From: the human T2T-CHM13v2.0 reference genome, Homo sapiens
Reading direction: 5' to 3' (one strand)
Assembly (NCBI RefSeq): GCF_009914755.1
Contig: NC_060948.1
DNA length: 64,000 nucleotides
This document shows positions 1-15,280 of the stretch, one piece after another (position 1 is the stretch's first letter; every line of letters starts with the position of its first letter). The notes beneath the pieces are model-generated. The model was given only the letters and a program-made list of their open reading frames with translations. It did not search any database and had not been told where the DNA came from. The translations under genes were made by a program, and so were the position numbers.

Positions 1-399
1 TGAAAGCAATATTACATATAATTTAGGACAACTATAAGACACTTTTTATAGTGTGTTTTTTTAATATAAACTCTGTTAACAGGACTAACTAAAAATACCT
101 AATCTTTGCTCTTCACAAAAATAATGTCAATTATGTCCTGTCCATGTCCAAATTCTATATATCACGTGTCACAAGAAAATTCAATATTCTTTAAAAAGTT
201 ACCCATAGATTGTGTCTATTATACACAAACAACTGTTGATGTCTGAATATTTTATTGCTATAATAATTGTGGATGCCTTTTAATACATTAAAATAAAATG
301 TTTTAATATTAATTTAATGTTAATGTTAATGAAATGTTTTAATATTAATATTAATAAAATGTTTTAGTATTGATTTAATGTATTAATAATACATTAACA

Positions 400-2855
400 A
401 AACAAAGATGCCTATTTTTGCCACTTCTATTCAACAAAGTAATGGAAGTTTTAGCTAGAACAATTAGGCCAAAAAAAGAAAAAAGACGAAATAAAAGACT
501 TCCAAGTTGGAAAAGAAAAAGTAACTATTTTTTATTGAAGATGACATAACCCATATATAGATAACCCTAAAGATTCCCAAAAAAACTCTTAGAACTAATC
601 AATTTAGCAAAATTGCAAGATAAAAAAATAACCCACAAATATCAGTGGCTATTCTATATACTACCAACAAAAAATCTGAGAAGAAAATCAAGACAACGCG
701 TCATTTAAAATAGCATCAGAAATAATAAAACTACTTAGGAATAAACTTTAAAATAAGAGGTGAAAAACTTGTACACTCAAAACTAAAAATATTGCTGAAT
801 TAAATTGAAAAAGACACAAATAAATAGGAAGATATCTTGTGTTCATGGATTTAAAGACTTCATATTGTTAAGATGTTGCAGTACTACCCAAAGAAATGTG
901 AGAATTAAATGAAATCCTTTTCAAAATCCCAGTAAAGATTTTGCAGAAATAGAAATATACATCTTAAAATTAATATGAAATTTCAAGGGATACCAAACAG
1001 CTAAAGCAATATTGAAAGAAAATTGGAGCTCTTATACTTTCTGATAGCAAATATATTACAAAACTAAAGCAATCAAAACAGTCTGGGACTGGCATAAAGA
1101 AAGATATATAGATCAATAGAATTGAACAGAGATTATAGAAAAAAATTGCATAATGTTCATATGATTTTTGACAAGGATGCCAAGACCCATTCAATGGGGA
1201 AAAAAGTGTTTTCAACAGATGTTGAGAAAACTGAGTATCTACATAAAAAAGAATAATAAAGTAGGGCCCTTACTTTATATATAAAAAAAATTAAAAATGT
1301 AAGAAAAACATATATTTAAACACTAAAACTATAAAACTTTAGAAGAACATATAAGGACATGATTTGTGACACTGGATTTGGTAATGATATCTTGAATGGC
1401 ACATCAAAAGCATAGTAAACAAAAGGAAAAAAGGATGAATTAGGTTACATCAAAATTAAGTTTTTTGGCATCAAAGAGTACTATCAACAGAAGGAAAAGT
1501 CAATCCAGAGAATGGGAGAAAATATTTGCAAATTATATATAACATGTTAGTATCCAGAATATGTAAAGAACACCTAGAATTTAACAACTTAAAAACAACA
1601 ACAACAAAAAAAACAAATTATAAAATGGGTAAAAGGCTTGAATAGACATTGAAGATACAAATGGCCAATAAGCACATAACATGTTTGATATCACTAATTA
1701 TTAGGGAAATGCACATAAAAACCGTAATGAGATCACACATTACACCCATTATAATGATTATCTCCAAAACAAAAAAAAAAAAGAAAAAAAAACAAAAAAC
1801 AGAAAATACTTGGAGAAATTGGAATACTTGTGCACTGCCATTAGAAATGTAATGTATTGCAGCTGCTGCAAAACACAGTTTGGTAGTTCTTCAAAAAATT
1901 AAGTATAGAATTACCATATGATGTAGTAATTCCACTTCTGGGTATATCAGCAAAAGAGTTGAAATCATGGACTCAATCAGATATTTGTACACCCATGTTC
2001 ATAGCAGCAGTATTTACAAGAGTCAAAAGGTGGAAACAACCCAAATGTCCATTCACAGACTAATGAATACACAAAATGTGGTATATATGGTAGTTTCTCA
2101 GTATCTATGGGGGATTGGTTTTAGGGACTTTTGTGGATACCAAAATCCACTTATGGATGCCTAAGTCCCTAATATAAAATGATGTAGTATTTGCATTTAA
2201 CATATGCACATGCTCTTTTGTATTTTTAATCATCTCTAGATTACTTATAATTCCCCATACAATGTAAGTGCAATGTAAATAATTGTTATATTCTACTGTT
2301 TAGAAAATAATGTCAAGGAAAAATTATTTTTACATGCTCAGTACAGAGGCATTTATCCATTTTTTCAAAATATTCTTGATCTATGGCAATTTGAACCTAT
2401 GGATGCGGAACCCAAAAATATGGAGGGTCTAATATATGAACAATGCAATATTATTCAGCCTTGAAGAGGAAGACAGTTCTGACACATGCTACAACATGGA
2501 TAAATCTTAAATACATTGCCTAAGACTTAGTGAGATAAGCTAGTCATAAAAGGACAAATACACTTATATTTGGTATAGAAGTACTAAAGTAGTCAAATTC
2601 ATACAGACAGAAAGTAGAATGGTAGTTGCCAGGGGATGGGTGTAGGAGAAATGGGTAATTATTGTTTAATAGGTAAATTCTCAGTTTTTGAATGTAAAAA
2701 GTTCTAGAGGTAGATGGTGGTGATGTTTCCACAACAATGTACATTAACAAGATTTCCATTAACAATATAGTTAATGCCACTGAACTGTACACTTAAAAAT
2801 GGTTAGAATGGGAAATTTTATATTAGCATATCTCACTACAATTTTTAAAAAGTAA
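400..2855 (+). mobile_element. L1 (L1MB-type) 3' ORF2 remnant and 3' UTR, interrupted by MER2
   Basis: Degenerate ORF2 C-terminal peptides (e.g. ISLIIREMHIKTVMRSH); L1MB-like end ttaatgccactgaactgtacacttaaaaatgg. Confidence 0.85.
2088..2434 (+). mobile_element. MER2 (TcMar-Tigger non-autonomous DNA transposon)
   Basis: gtatctatgggggattggtt...ggataccaaaatccac...ggatgcggaacccaaaaatatggaggg matches the recalled MER2 consensus; TA-rich flanks; host L1 resumes afterwards. Confidence 0.85.
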
Positions 2856-3089
2856 ATGACAAAAAATAAACGATTTCATGAAACAAATTATTGGTTAAGA
2901 CAATTAGAGTTAATTTACAACATATTTATAGGTCAGGTTCTCAGATAAATGTACATATAGGCAGTTCTAATATATTAACATTTCCTTTCTCATTAATAGT
3001 CATTTATTGTTTATTGAGGCTATTTCTAAATATCAGGGCCCAAATACACTAGTAGTAATACTAATTCTTCATTTCTTTTACTATTTTAC

Positions 3090-3470
3090 TAAGGGCCAGT
3101 CACTCTCTGAAGTGCTTAAAAGTACTAATCCTAATTATTTTTCAAAAGTAACCTGGGTAAGTATTATTATTATTTCTATTTTACAAATGAAGAAACTCAG
3201 GCAGAGAAAAGATAAATCATTTAAACACAGTCACACAGAGCGTAAATGGATTGATGATTTAAGACCAATGACTCTGCAGAACCTTTCCTCTTAACAACTC
3301 TGATATCTTATGTAGTCCTTTCATCATCCACATTGATAGGTACACTTACACTTCTTTTCCAAATAAACTGAGGTATTGGAGTTTAAATAACTTGTCTGAA
3401 ATCATACATGTTCAGGATCTATATTCATGCGTATTTGACTCTGAAAACCTGGCTCTTAAATTACCAACAA
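3090..3470 (-). mobile_element. Two MIR SINE fragments
   Basis: Reverse MIR core attttacaaatgaagaaactcaggcagaga and aaactgaggtattggagtttaaataacttg. Confidence 0.65.
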
Positions 3471-4370
3471 TACTACAATTCTCCAACTTGCAAAGAGTTT
3501 ATTTATGTCTCACACAGCCCCAGGATGAACTCAAGACCACAGAATATCCCAGTTTTTAACCAGAGTATTGACCACAATGAAAATAAAGAAAAAATTTGAA
3601 AAATAAACGGTAGCGGTAGATCTCATAAGTAAATCAAATAATTTGTTCCTTAAATATAGATAGATACATCACTAACATGCCTAAAAATTTGAAAAAAGAA
3701 GAAAGCAAAAAATACGCACATGAAAAATATAAATGGGGAAGTGAACACTGATACAGAAGAAGAAAAAATGATATAATAACATAATTAATTCAAGTTTATA
3801 AAAATAATATCAAAGATGATATAGATGAAATACCTGATTTTTTTGGGAAATATAAAATGACAAAATTGTTTCTTTAAAAAGCTAGAAAATCTAAACAGAC
3901 AAATTGTCATTGGAGAAAACAGTTTTGAAAAAGTAGTCAAAGAACTACTTAAAACTTATTAGTCATGGAATGTCTTTGTAGGTCAATTATCTTAAATCTT
4001 TAGAATACAGATGAATCCAGTATTATTTTAACTCTTTCTGTGATGGGCTGAATTGTGTGCCCCCAATATTCAGATGTTAAATCTCTAACACTCCATATCT
4101 CAGAATGTGACTATTCAGATGTAGCCCCTAAAGCTGTAATTAAGTCAAAATGAGGCCACTTGTGCGAAGCCTAATTTAATCTGACCAGTGTTCTTATACG
4201 AAGAGAAAATTTGCACACACAGAGTGACAGCAAGAAAATGTGGGCACAGATGAAAGATCATGTGAGGACACAGCAAGATGACAGCCATTGTCAGCCAAGG
4301 AGTGAGGACTTAGAAAAAAGTAAACTTGTAGATTCCTTGATCTTATACTTCTATCCCTCTAGAACTGTGA

Positions 4371-5377
<1,007 letters not shown>

Positions 5378-7468
5378 TTATGACAACCTTAGCAAACTAA
5401 CACAGTTGCAGAACACGAATAAAAAAAATTGCAAACATTTATTTTAAAGCTCACATAATATTGATAGCAAAACTGACATAGCAAATAGATAAAAAAGAAA
5501 AATGCAGTACAATTTCAGATGCAAAACCTTAAATAAAATATCAGCTAGAAAAGGTTTAGTCTTAGGTAAATATTTAACATACTTTATCATACTAATCAAA
5601 AGCCAGTAGATAAAAATCATAAAATGAGAAGAGTGATATTCAGCAAGATGGAGAGTTAGGAGCTGGTGCACTCATATCTCCTTATGACAACAATAATTTT
5701 GCAGGCATCCATGGACAAAAGTGCATTTGTGGAAACATTAGGACTGAGGTAGGAGGTTGTGAAACTCTGGTGGCACCTCGGACCTAGGAATGCCTTTTTA
5801 AGAGGCAAGACCCATGCCCCAGTGCTAGACTCAAAAACCATTGTCCTGATGCCAAACCTGGAAACAGCCTTATTTCCCTGTGGACTTGTCTACAGCACTA
5901 TTTTACCTTGTTTCTGTGACCAAAACTATCTGCCAAAGGCCCAGGAGGAGTCATGCACACTAGTGTCACTGGGGAAGGCCTTCTGACTTCAGTTCCACGG
6001 TAGATACTAAAATGGTTTGCAAACTTAGCCCCAGTCCTTCTTACTGCAGTTTGAGAGCAGCTCTGCCTGAAGGAATGCATGCCTGTCCATGCCCCTGTAG
6101 CCAGGCCAGCTGGCATTGGCCCCACAGCAGATCCTGAGATAGCTCTGCAACTCAGCCCAGCCCCTCTAAGTTGCAGTTTGAGAGCAGTTCTTTCCACACT
6201 GCGGAGGGACCTAGAGAAAAATTCACTCAGCATTGCCTCTGTAGGCAAGCCTACTGACCTTGGCCCCACTGTGAATCTTAAAACAGCCCTGTAAATTGAC
6301 TCCAGCTCATGTCAGCTATGGTCTGAGAACAGTCCTGCTTTCCCAGGAAGCCACTAGAATACAAATCCACTTCTGACACCAATGGCAGGCTTATAGGCCT
6401 CAGTCATGGCTACAGACTTGAACCAGTCCTGGACTCAGTTCAAAGCCCTTCCAGCCATGGTCTAGGGTCGGTATTATCTGTCTGAGGATTCTCAGAATTA
6501 CCCAGCATAAGCCCTCCCAGAGACCTAGAAGAAGCAGTACCCGTTCATCACCTGGAAACAGGAAAACCATCTGCAGATTTTGAAGTAGATCCTTATTCCA
6601 GTGCCAGATCTGCTGACCAAAGACCTGGAGTCAGTCCAGTCCACTCAAAAAACATATAGGATTCATACTCCCTAGAGCCCCTGGTAACAGGCCCACTAAG
6701 TGCAAATTCCAATGCAAAACCAGCAGCAGTCACATGACCTGGTTCAAACACCACTTGGCCACAATCTTGGAGATAATCCAATAAGCACAGGAAATCAACA
6801 GGAGAAGGTCTTCATCTGCCAAAAGTAGTCTGTAAATACTGAAAGAAGTGTTTGCTCATTCAAATGCATAGAACAAATGGACCTAAGAGATATATATGGA
6901 ACATTTTATCCAATAGCAGTAGCACAAATTTTTTTCTCAAGTATATATGGAATCTTCATCAGAATATATCATATTTTGGGCCACAAAACAACCTTTAACA
7001 AATTTAAGAATATTGTAATCATATCACATATCTTTTATGACCACTATGTTATAAAACTAGAAATCACCAATAGCAGAAATGTTGTAAAATTCAGAAATGT
7101 GTGAAAATTAAACAACTTGTTCCTAAACAACTGAGGGCCAAAAAATAAATTAAAAGCAAGTTTAAAACCATTATAAGAACACCAAAAATGGAAACATAAC
7201 ATACAAAAACTTAAAAGATTCGGCATAAGCAGTTCTAAGAGTAAAATTTGTAGCAATAAATGCCTTCATTAAGAAAAAAAAGATCTCAAATAACAGTCAA
7301 ATTTTGCACCTCAAGAAAAAGAAGAACTTAGCTAAAAGGATAAAGAAGAAAATGTAAACATCAGAACAAAAATAAAATAGACACAAGAAAGACAATAGAA
7401 AAGATCAATAAAACCAAGAGTTGGTTTTTTGAAAAGAAGAAATCTGACAAACCTTTAGGTAGACTAAC

Positions 7469-7528
7469 TGTATTAGTTCATTCTTGCATTGCTACAAAGA
7501 AATACCTGAGACTTGGTAATTTATAAAG
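7469..7528 (-). mobile_element. MST/THE1 LTR terminal fragment
   Basis: tgtattagttcattcttgcattgctacaaagaaatacctgagacttggtaatttataaag. Confidence 0.75.
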
Positions 7529-7684
7529 GCAATACAATGAAATTATAGGCAATCCAATTTCTGGTTACATGCCCAAAAGAAATGAAATTAGTATGTCAAA
7601 GTGATATCTGGATTCCCATGTTCATTGAGCTTTATTCACAGTGGCTAAGCTATGGAATCCATCCAAGTGTTCACTGATGGATAA

Positions 7685-8026
<342 letters not shown>

Positions 8027-8581
8027 ATATAATTTCATATATATATATGTGTGTGTGTGTGTTTATCACAATGTGTATGTATACAAACAATAAATATTAT
8101 TCAGCTTAAAACAGGAAAAAGACATTTCATTTCTGACAGCATGGAGATATTATTGCTAAGTGCAACATGCTAGACACAGAAGAACCAATACTGTATGATC
8201 TCATTTATATGTGGAATCTAAAAAAGTGAAACACTTAGAGAGTGGAACTGTGTTTCCCAGGTGCTGGGGGTGGGGAAAATGTGGAGATATTGGTCAAATG
8301 GCACAAATTTCCAGTTATAAAATAAACAACTTCTAAGAATCTAATGTACAGCATGGGTGGTGAAGGATATTGTAATTAATTTCATTATGATAATCATTAT
8401 TCAATATATACATATATCAGATTATCACACTGTACACCTTGAATATATACAATCTTCATTTGTCAATTAAATGTTTTTTTAAATTTAAAAACTTACAAAC
8501 CCAAAAACACACAGTGTTCTTAAAAAATATCTGAAGATATTTTACAAAAGTCAAATTACAATGTAGTTCCAATTATGTTTT

Positions 8582-9098
8582 TCAAGATGGCTAACTCGGG
8601 CCATCTAATGCCTCTTCTCCTCAGAAAGAAAATCAAATTTACTGGTGAATGGAAAAGTTCCAAATGGAAAACTGAGAGAAGAGACCCAGGGCCTATTGGA
8701 GAGCCTACAGGAAGAAGCCCAGATGCAGAAAAGGGAAGCAGCAAGAGTCTAGCCGAGATCAACCCCTGGGGAACTCAGAGCCCCATGGAAAGGTTCTGTG
8801 GGAGTGCTTCTTTGCTCCCCTCACCCCTGTGACAATCTGCTGACTGCCAAACTGTTGGGGAGCCCCTCTGCCTTTGTAACCTAGGGCAACGCTATTGACG
8901 CCTTGCCAGAAGGTGGGGGGTGTGTGGGAGAAAGGAGAACATCCGGAAGAATAGCTAATGGATGCTGAGCTTAATACCTAGGTGATGGGATGATCTGTGC
9001 AGCAAACCTCCATGGCACACGTTTACCGATCTAACAAACCTGCACATCCTGCACAAGTAACCTTGAACTTAAAAATATAAGTTGGAAATTAAAAAAAA
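8582..9098 (+). mobile_element. Mini-L1 (L1PA13-16 era): ~320 bp 5' UTR fused to ~200 bp 3' end
   Basis: caagatggctaact start; L1PA 3' end gaatagctaatggatgctgagcttaatacctaggtgatgg; poly(A). Confidence 0.75.
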
Positions 9099-9186
9099 TC
9101 ATGTTTTGCACTGTAACTATATACAATTTTTATTTGTATATTTGTATAATTTAATTATACCTCAATAAATCTGAAAAAATAAAAAA

Positions 9187-12100
9187 GTGTCTTCGCATGT
9201 CCTTTCCCTGGTATTTTATGGGGCTGTTTGTTTTTCACTTGTTAATTTAAATTCCTTGTCGATTCTGGACATTGAACCTCTGACAGATGCTTGGTTTACC
9301 AATATTTTACCCTATCGTCTAAGTTGTCTCTTTATTCTGTTGACAATTATTTTGCTGTGCAGAAGCTCTTTTATTTAATTAGATCCCATTTGTCAATTAT
9401 TGTTTTTGTTGCATTTGCTTTTGGATTCATCATCATGAAATCTTTCCCAGGGTCTATGCTTAGAATGGTATTTCTTAAGTTATCTTCTAGGGTTTTTATG
9501 GTTTTAGGTGCTACATTTAAGTCTTTATTCCACTTCGAGTTGATTCTTTATATGGTGTTAGGAAGGGGTCCAGTTTCAATCTTCTGCATATGGCTAGCCA
9601 GTTATCTAGTACCACGTATTAACTAGTGAGTCCTTTTCCTGATTGCTTATTTTTGTTGGCTTTGTTGAACATCAGATAGTTGTAGGTGTAAGGCTTTATT
9701 TCTAGGTTCTCTATTCTGTTCTACTGGTGTATGCATCTTTTACTGTACCAGGGTCATGCTGTTTTGGTTATTGTAGCCTTATGGTATAATTTGAAGTTGG
9801 GTAATATGGTGACTCCAGCTTTGTTCTTTTTGCATAGGATTGCCTTGGCTATTCAGGCTCTTTTTTTGTTCCATATGAATTTTAAAATGTTTTTTTTTCT
9901 GATTCTGTAAAGTAAGTAATTGTTAGTTTGATAGGAATACCATTGAATCTGTAAATTGCTTTGGGCAGTATGACTATTTTAACAATGTTAATTCTCCCTA
10001 TCCATGAACATGGGATGTTTTTCCATTTGTTTGTGTCCTATCTGATTTCTTTAAGCAGTGTTTCATAATTCTCATTATAGTGATATTTTACTTTCCTGGT
10101 TTGCTATATTGCTTGGTATTTTACTCTTTTTGTGTCTATTGTGAAAGGAATTGTGTTGATTTGGCTTTCAGCTTGGATGTTGCTGTTGTACAGGCATGGT
10201 ACTGATTACTGTACATTCATTCTGTATCCCAAAACTTTTCTGAAGTTTTTTATCAGATCAAGGCACTTTTGCCCAGAAACTATGAGGTTTCTAGGTACAC
10301 AAGTATATTGTCTGTGAACAAGAATTGTTTGGCTTCCTGTCGTCATATTTGAATGCCTTTTATTTATTTATGTGGCCTAATTGCTGTGGCTAAGACCTCC
10401 AGTACTATGTTGAATAGGAGGGGTGAGAGATGGCATCCTTGTCTTTCTGTTTCTCAAGGGTAATGCTTCCAGCATGTGCCCATTCAGTGTAGTGTTGGCT
10501 GTAGTTTTTTTTATAGATGGCTCTTATTATTTTTAAGTATATTTCTTTAATGTCTAGTTTGTTGATGGTTTTTAACATGAAGGAATGTTGAGTTTTATCA
10601 AAAGCCTTTTCTGCATATATTGATATGATTATGTGGTTTTTGTTCTTAGCTCTGTTAATGTGATGAATCACATTTATTTATTTGAATATGTTGAAACAAT
10701 CTTGCATACTTGGGATAAAGCCTACTTGACCAGAATGGATTAGCTTTTTGATGTTCTGCTGGATTAGGTTTGCTACCATTTTGTTGAAGATATTTGCATC
10801 CACATTCATCAAGCATATTGATCTAAATTTTTTTTTAATTGTGTGTCTACTAGGTTTTGGTATCAGGATGATGCTGGCCTCATAGAATGAGTTAGGAAGG
10901 AGTCCCTCCTTCTCAATTTTCTGAAATAGTTTTAGCAGAAATGGTACCAGCTCTTCTTTGTACATCTCATAGAATTTGGCTGTGAACCCATCTGGTCTCG
11001 GGCTGTTTCTGGATATTCTGCTTTTTATTACTGAATCAGTTTTAGAACTCATTATTGACCTGTTCAGGAATTGAATATCTTCCTGGTTCTATCTTGTGAG
11101 GTTGTACATTTCCAGGAATTTATCCATTTTTTTCCAGATTTTCTAGTTTCCATGCATAGAGATGTTCATAGTACTCTCTGATTTTTTTTTTTTTTCTGTG
11201 TGGTCAGTGGTAATGTCCCCTTTTCTCATTTCTGAATTTGTTTATTTAGATCTTTTTGTTCTTGTTAGTCTAGATAGCAGTCTATTTTATTCATTATATA
11301 AAACTATCTTGCATTCATTTATGTTTTGTGTGGTTTTCACCTCTTAATTTCTTTCAGTTCAGCTCTGATTACGGTTATTTATTTTATTCTGCTAGCTTTG
11401 GGGTTGGTTTGCTGTTGTTTCTCTGGTTCCTTTAGGTGTAATGTTAGGTTGTTAATTCGTTATATTTTTAACTTTTTTATGTGAACATTTAGTGCTAGAA
11501 ACTTCCCTCTTACTGCTTTGACTGTGTCTCAGAGATCCTGTTACGTTGTATCTTTGTTCTTATATGTTTAAAATAATTTCTTTATTTCTGCCTTAATTTT
11601 ATTGTGTACCCAAAAGTCATTCAGGAGTAGGTTGTTTAATTTCCATAAAATTGTGCTGTTTTGGGTGATTTTCTTAGTATTGTTTTCTATTTTTATTGTG
11701 CTATGGTCCAAGAGTACAGTTGGTATGACTTCAGTTATTATGAATTTGCTGTGGATTGTTTTATGGCAGATTGTGTGGATTATTTTAGAGTATGTGCCAT
11801 GTGCAGCTGAGAATAATGTATATTCTGTTCTTGTGGTGACAAAATCCCTTAGCATTTGCTTGTCTGAAAAGGACCTTATTTCTCCTTTGGTTATGAAGCT
11901 TAGTTTTGCTGGATATGAAATTGTGAGAATTTTCTTTTTAGGAATGTCGAATATAGGTACACGAGCTCTTCTGGCTTCTAGAGTTTCTGTGGAAAGGCCT
12001 GCTGTTAGTCTAATGCAGTTCCCTTGGTAGGTGACTTTCCCCTTCTCTAGCTGACTTTAACATTTTTTCTTTCATTTCAACCTTGGAAAATCTCATGACT

Positions 12101-14350
12101 ATGAGTATTGCATACAGTCTTCTTGAGTAGTACCTCACAGGGATTTTCTGCTTTTCCTGTAGTTGAATGTTGGCATCTCTAATGAGGTTGGAGAATATAT
12201 CATGCACAATATCCTCAAATATGTTTTCCAAGTTGCTTGTTTCCTCTCCTCTTTCAGGGACACCTATGAGTTTGTAGATTTGGTCTCCTTTCGTAATCTC
12301 ATGTTTCTGGAAGGCTTTGTTATTCTTCTATATTGTTTTTTCTTTATTTTTGTCTGAGTGAGTTACTTTGGAGATCTGGTTTTTAAGCTCTGAGATTTTT
12401 TTTCCTCAGCTTCATCAATTCTTCTGTTAGCATTTGAGATTTTATTTTGAAACTCTTTAACTGAGTTTTTCAGCTCTGTCATATCAGTTTGGTTCCTACA
12501 AAATGGCAATTTCCTTTTTCATCTCTTGTATTATTTAATTATATTCCTTAGAATCCTTGGATTGGTTTTCAACTTTTTCCTGTGTCTCAATGATCTTCAT
12601 TCCCATCTGTTTTCTGATTTCTATTTCTGTCAGTTCAGCCATTTCAGTCTGGTTAAGAACCATTGCTGGGAAACTAGTGTGATCATTTGGAGGTAAGAAG
12701 ACGCTGGCTTTTTGAGTTGCCAGAGTTCTTGCACTGGTTCTTTCTCATCTGTGTGGGTTATGGTCCTTCAATCTTTGAATGTACTGTCCTTCCAATTAGT
12801 TTATTTGCTTTTATCTTCTTTGTTGCCCCTGGGGGTTTGATTGTGGAATAAAATGAGTTCAGTTGAATGGTTTTGTTTCTGGAAGATTTTAGGGGACCAA
12901 AGCTCAGTTCAGCACTCCTGGGCTACCACTGGAAGACTTGTATGGGACAACTCACTAGCTATGTTCTCCAGCACTTCGAAATTAGGAACCTACTGTACTG
13001 GAAGTACCAAAGAGTTCCTGGACTTCTGGCTAAAATACTCCAATAAGTGGTGTCAGAAAAAGTGCTTCACTGGGGCAGTGGCAGTGGGGTCCAGGCTCAT
13101 TTGCCCATGACAGCAGCAGTGGCAGTGCAGTGGCTTGCATGCTTGTTGAATGGGGCAGGGCTCTGGCATGCATGGGGATTCCATCCTCCATGTCTGTGTT
13201 CATAGCAGCAGCAGTGGCAGTGTGAACCAGAGTGAAGAGGATGGGGCAACTGGTGTCCATGTGCATGTTCACTCTGGCAGCCATGTTGGTGCAGATGCAG
13301 GACACTGGCAGAGTTCAAGGCTGCCAGCCTCCATGCACATGTTCACACCAGCAGCGGCAGTGGCAGCATGGGGTGGAGATGGGGGATGAGGACATTTGCC
13401 TCTGTGCCTGAGTTTGCTCCTCCAATGGCAGAAGGGTTGCGGGGGTGTGCTCATTTTGGCAGCAGTGGCATAATGGGGTGCATGCACACACGTACACCAG
13501 TGGGGAGAGGAGGCAAGGTCCACCCATGAGTGCACTGGAGACAGCAAAGTGATGGGGCAGTAGCTATCAGCAAATGCATGCTCGCAAATTTGCTTGGGGG
13601 AGGATCTTACGGGAGGTGGTGCAGGTGGGGATGCTGTGTGTTGGTTAGGGCTGCTCTGCTGGAGCTCTGCAACAGTCAGGTGGAGTTTTCCAGTGAAAGA
13701 GCTATAATGCAGGCTCCCGGTAGGCACCCTGGTTGGGCATCCAAGGCTGTACTGCAAGCAAGTGCAGCCTGGCTGGTGCCCTGGGAGAAGCCAGAAGACA
13801 AGGGATTGATTATATCTGACTGGGCCCATTTCACAGGCGAGACTCCCCCTGCTCTGATCAGGTCCAATAGTTCCCCCATGACTAAATTCTCCTAGGGAAG
13901 CTTGTTGAGCATTGAGGGGATGGGCATCCCTGGCCTTGCTCCATTGCAGACATTCCTGTACCAAACTGTTTGGGCTCTGAATAGCCTGGAATCCTGCCCC
14001 TGACACCTTTCTAAGAAGCTCTCCCTGGCATCTCAAGTGTCTGTAGGGGTTGTGGGTATCCTGCTGCCAGGATTCCAGAGGTCCCTGGTGAGAGGGGGTT
14101 ACTTCACACCTCCTCAACTCATCCCTTCCCCAGGATTTGTCGGGGGCCAGTAATGAGTCCCAGTGTATGGAAGCCTCCTTTAGGGGTCCCAGCTACCTCC
14201 CTCTTCATCCCAGCAAGTGGGCCCTATTTCCATCCACTCTCAGTGCCTTCTCTCTGAAGATCTGCTCATAGTGTACCAGTCTTTTGGATGTCCCAGTCCC
14301 TCAGTGACAGATGTTCCTCCTGGCTGTGTGTAGTCTGCCATCTTGGCCCC
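9187..14350 (-). mobile_element. L1PA15-16/L1PB-era LINE with 5' UTR, 3'-truncated and internally deleted
   Basis: Minus start GGGGCCAAGATGGCAGACTA; ORF1 peptides ([19 protein letters not shown]); ORF2 peptides ([25 protein letters not shown]). Confidence 0.9.
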
Positions 14351-14759
14351 TACAAAAAACTGAACTTTACTTTCCTATTTTACATGTTTATCACAGTCTT
14401 GACTTTTGTTCATTCTCAATGATAAAAAAATTAAAACGAAATGTTATGCCACTGAAAATTTGTCCAATTTGAATATATTTCATCAAAAGTATAAAAAAGT
14501 ACATATATATTTTAATAGCTTTTAATATTAAAACTTTAATATTTATAAAGAATATTTGTGTATTTTCAATATTTAGATTTTACAGAAGAAAACATATGTA
14601 ACTTCTAGGCTAGTATTTACAGAAGGAAATGTATTACTAAGAGCAATTCTTAAGATGTAAATAGAATGGATTCTCTTAAAGTGTACTTTAATGTGACATA
14701 AAGATTGATATTAAGAGTTTTAAAATGCGTAATACATAATTTCAAAAATTAAAAAGCAG

Positions 14760-14930
14760 ACATGGTAATGTCATTATTTACCAATGCCAAGGGCCTTCAC
14801 AGCAATTTCATTTAGTGCTCAAATCTTTGTAATACAGTAATTATTATCCTCACAGATGAACAGATTCAGGTTCAGAGAGTTTAAGTGACCTGAACTAAGA
14901 CAAATAATTTTATTCCAAAGTTTTAACTTC
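14760..14930 (-). mobile_element. MIR fragment
   Basis: attatcctcacagatgaacagattcaggttcagagagtttaagtgacc. Confidence 0.65.
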
Positions 14931-15139
14931 TATTTTAAATATATCTTCATGTTCCATTTTATTAGTCTATTGTTTCTCTTCTATTCTTGTTATATTCTCA
15001 GCCATTCAGAGTTATAGTTTAATCTTTCCCATTAATTTACGCCTTTAAACTAGATAATGAATCATTCCACTTCTTTATCAGGGTTCAACAGAATGTACCA
15101 CACATAATACTATTTATAATATTATTTCTAATCACATAC

Positions 15140-15280
15140 TGCGTGTGGAGAACATATTACTCATTGTTTTGTGCCCCCATAGGTTAGATATTCTGCTGTA
15201 ACTTTTATTTATTATTCAATCAGGAGAAAAGCAGCTAAATTTTATATACAATTCAGTGATCCTCAAACATATTGTGAAAG
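15140..15280 (-). pseudogene. Fossil gene exon F (phase 0; LSQYV*...), terminal or decayed internal exon
   Basis: Strong acceptor TCCTTTTACATTTTAG|CTT; followed by AATAATAAATAAAA; possible donor GCA|GTATGT giving 141 nt. Confidence 0.5.

Noticed and set aside
13269-14117. Longest ORF (282 aa)
   Set aside because: Lies in the GC-rich 5' UTR of an L1; no recognisable domain.
15082-15182. Plus-strand AG...GT segment reading VQQNVPHIILFIILFLITYCVW (transmembrane-like)
   Set aside because: Isolated, no partner exons on plus, hydrophobicity is expected from T-rich DNA, and it overlaps the minus-strand candidate.
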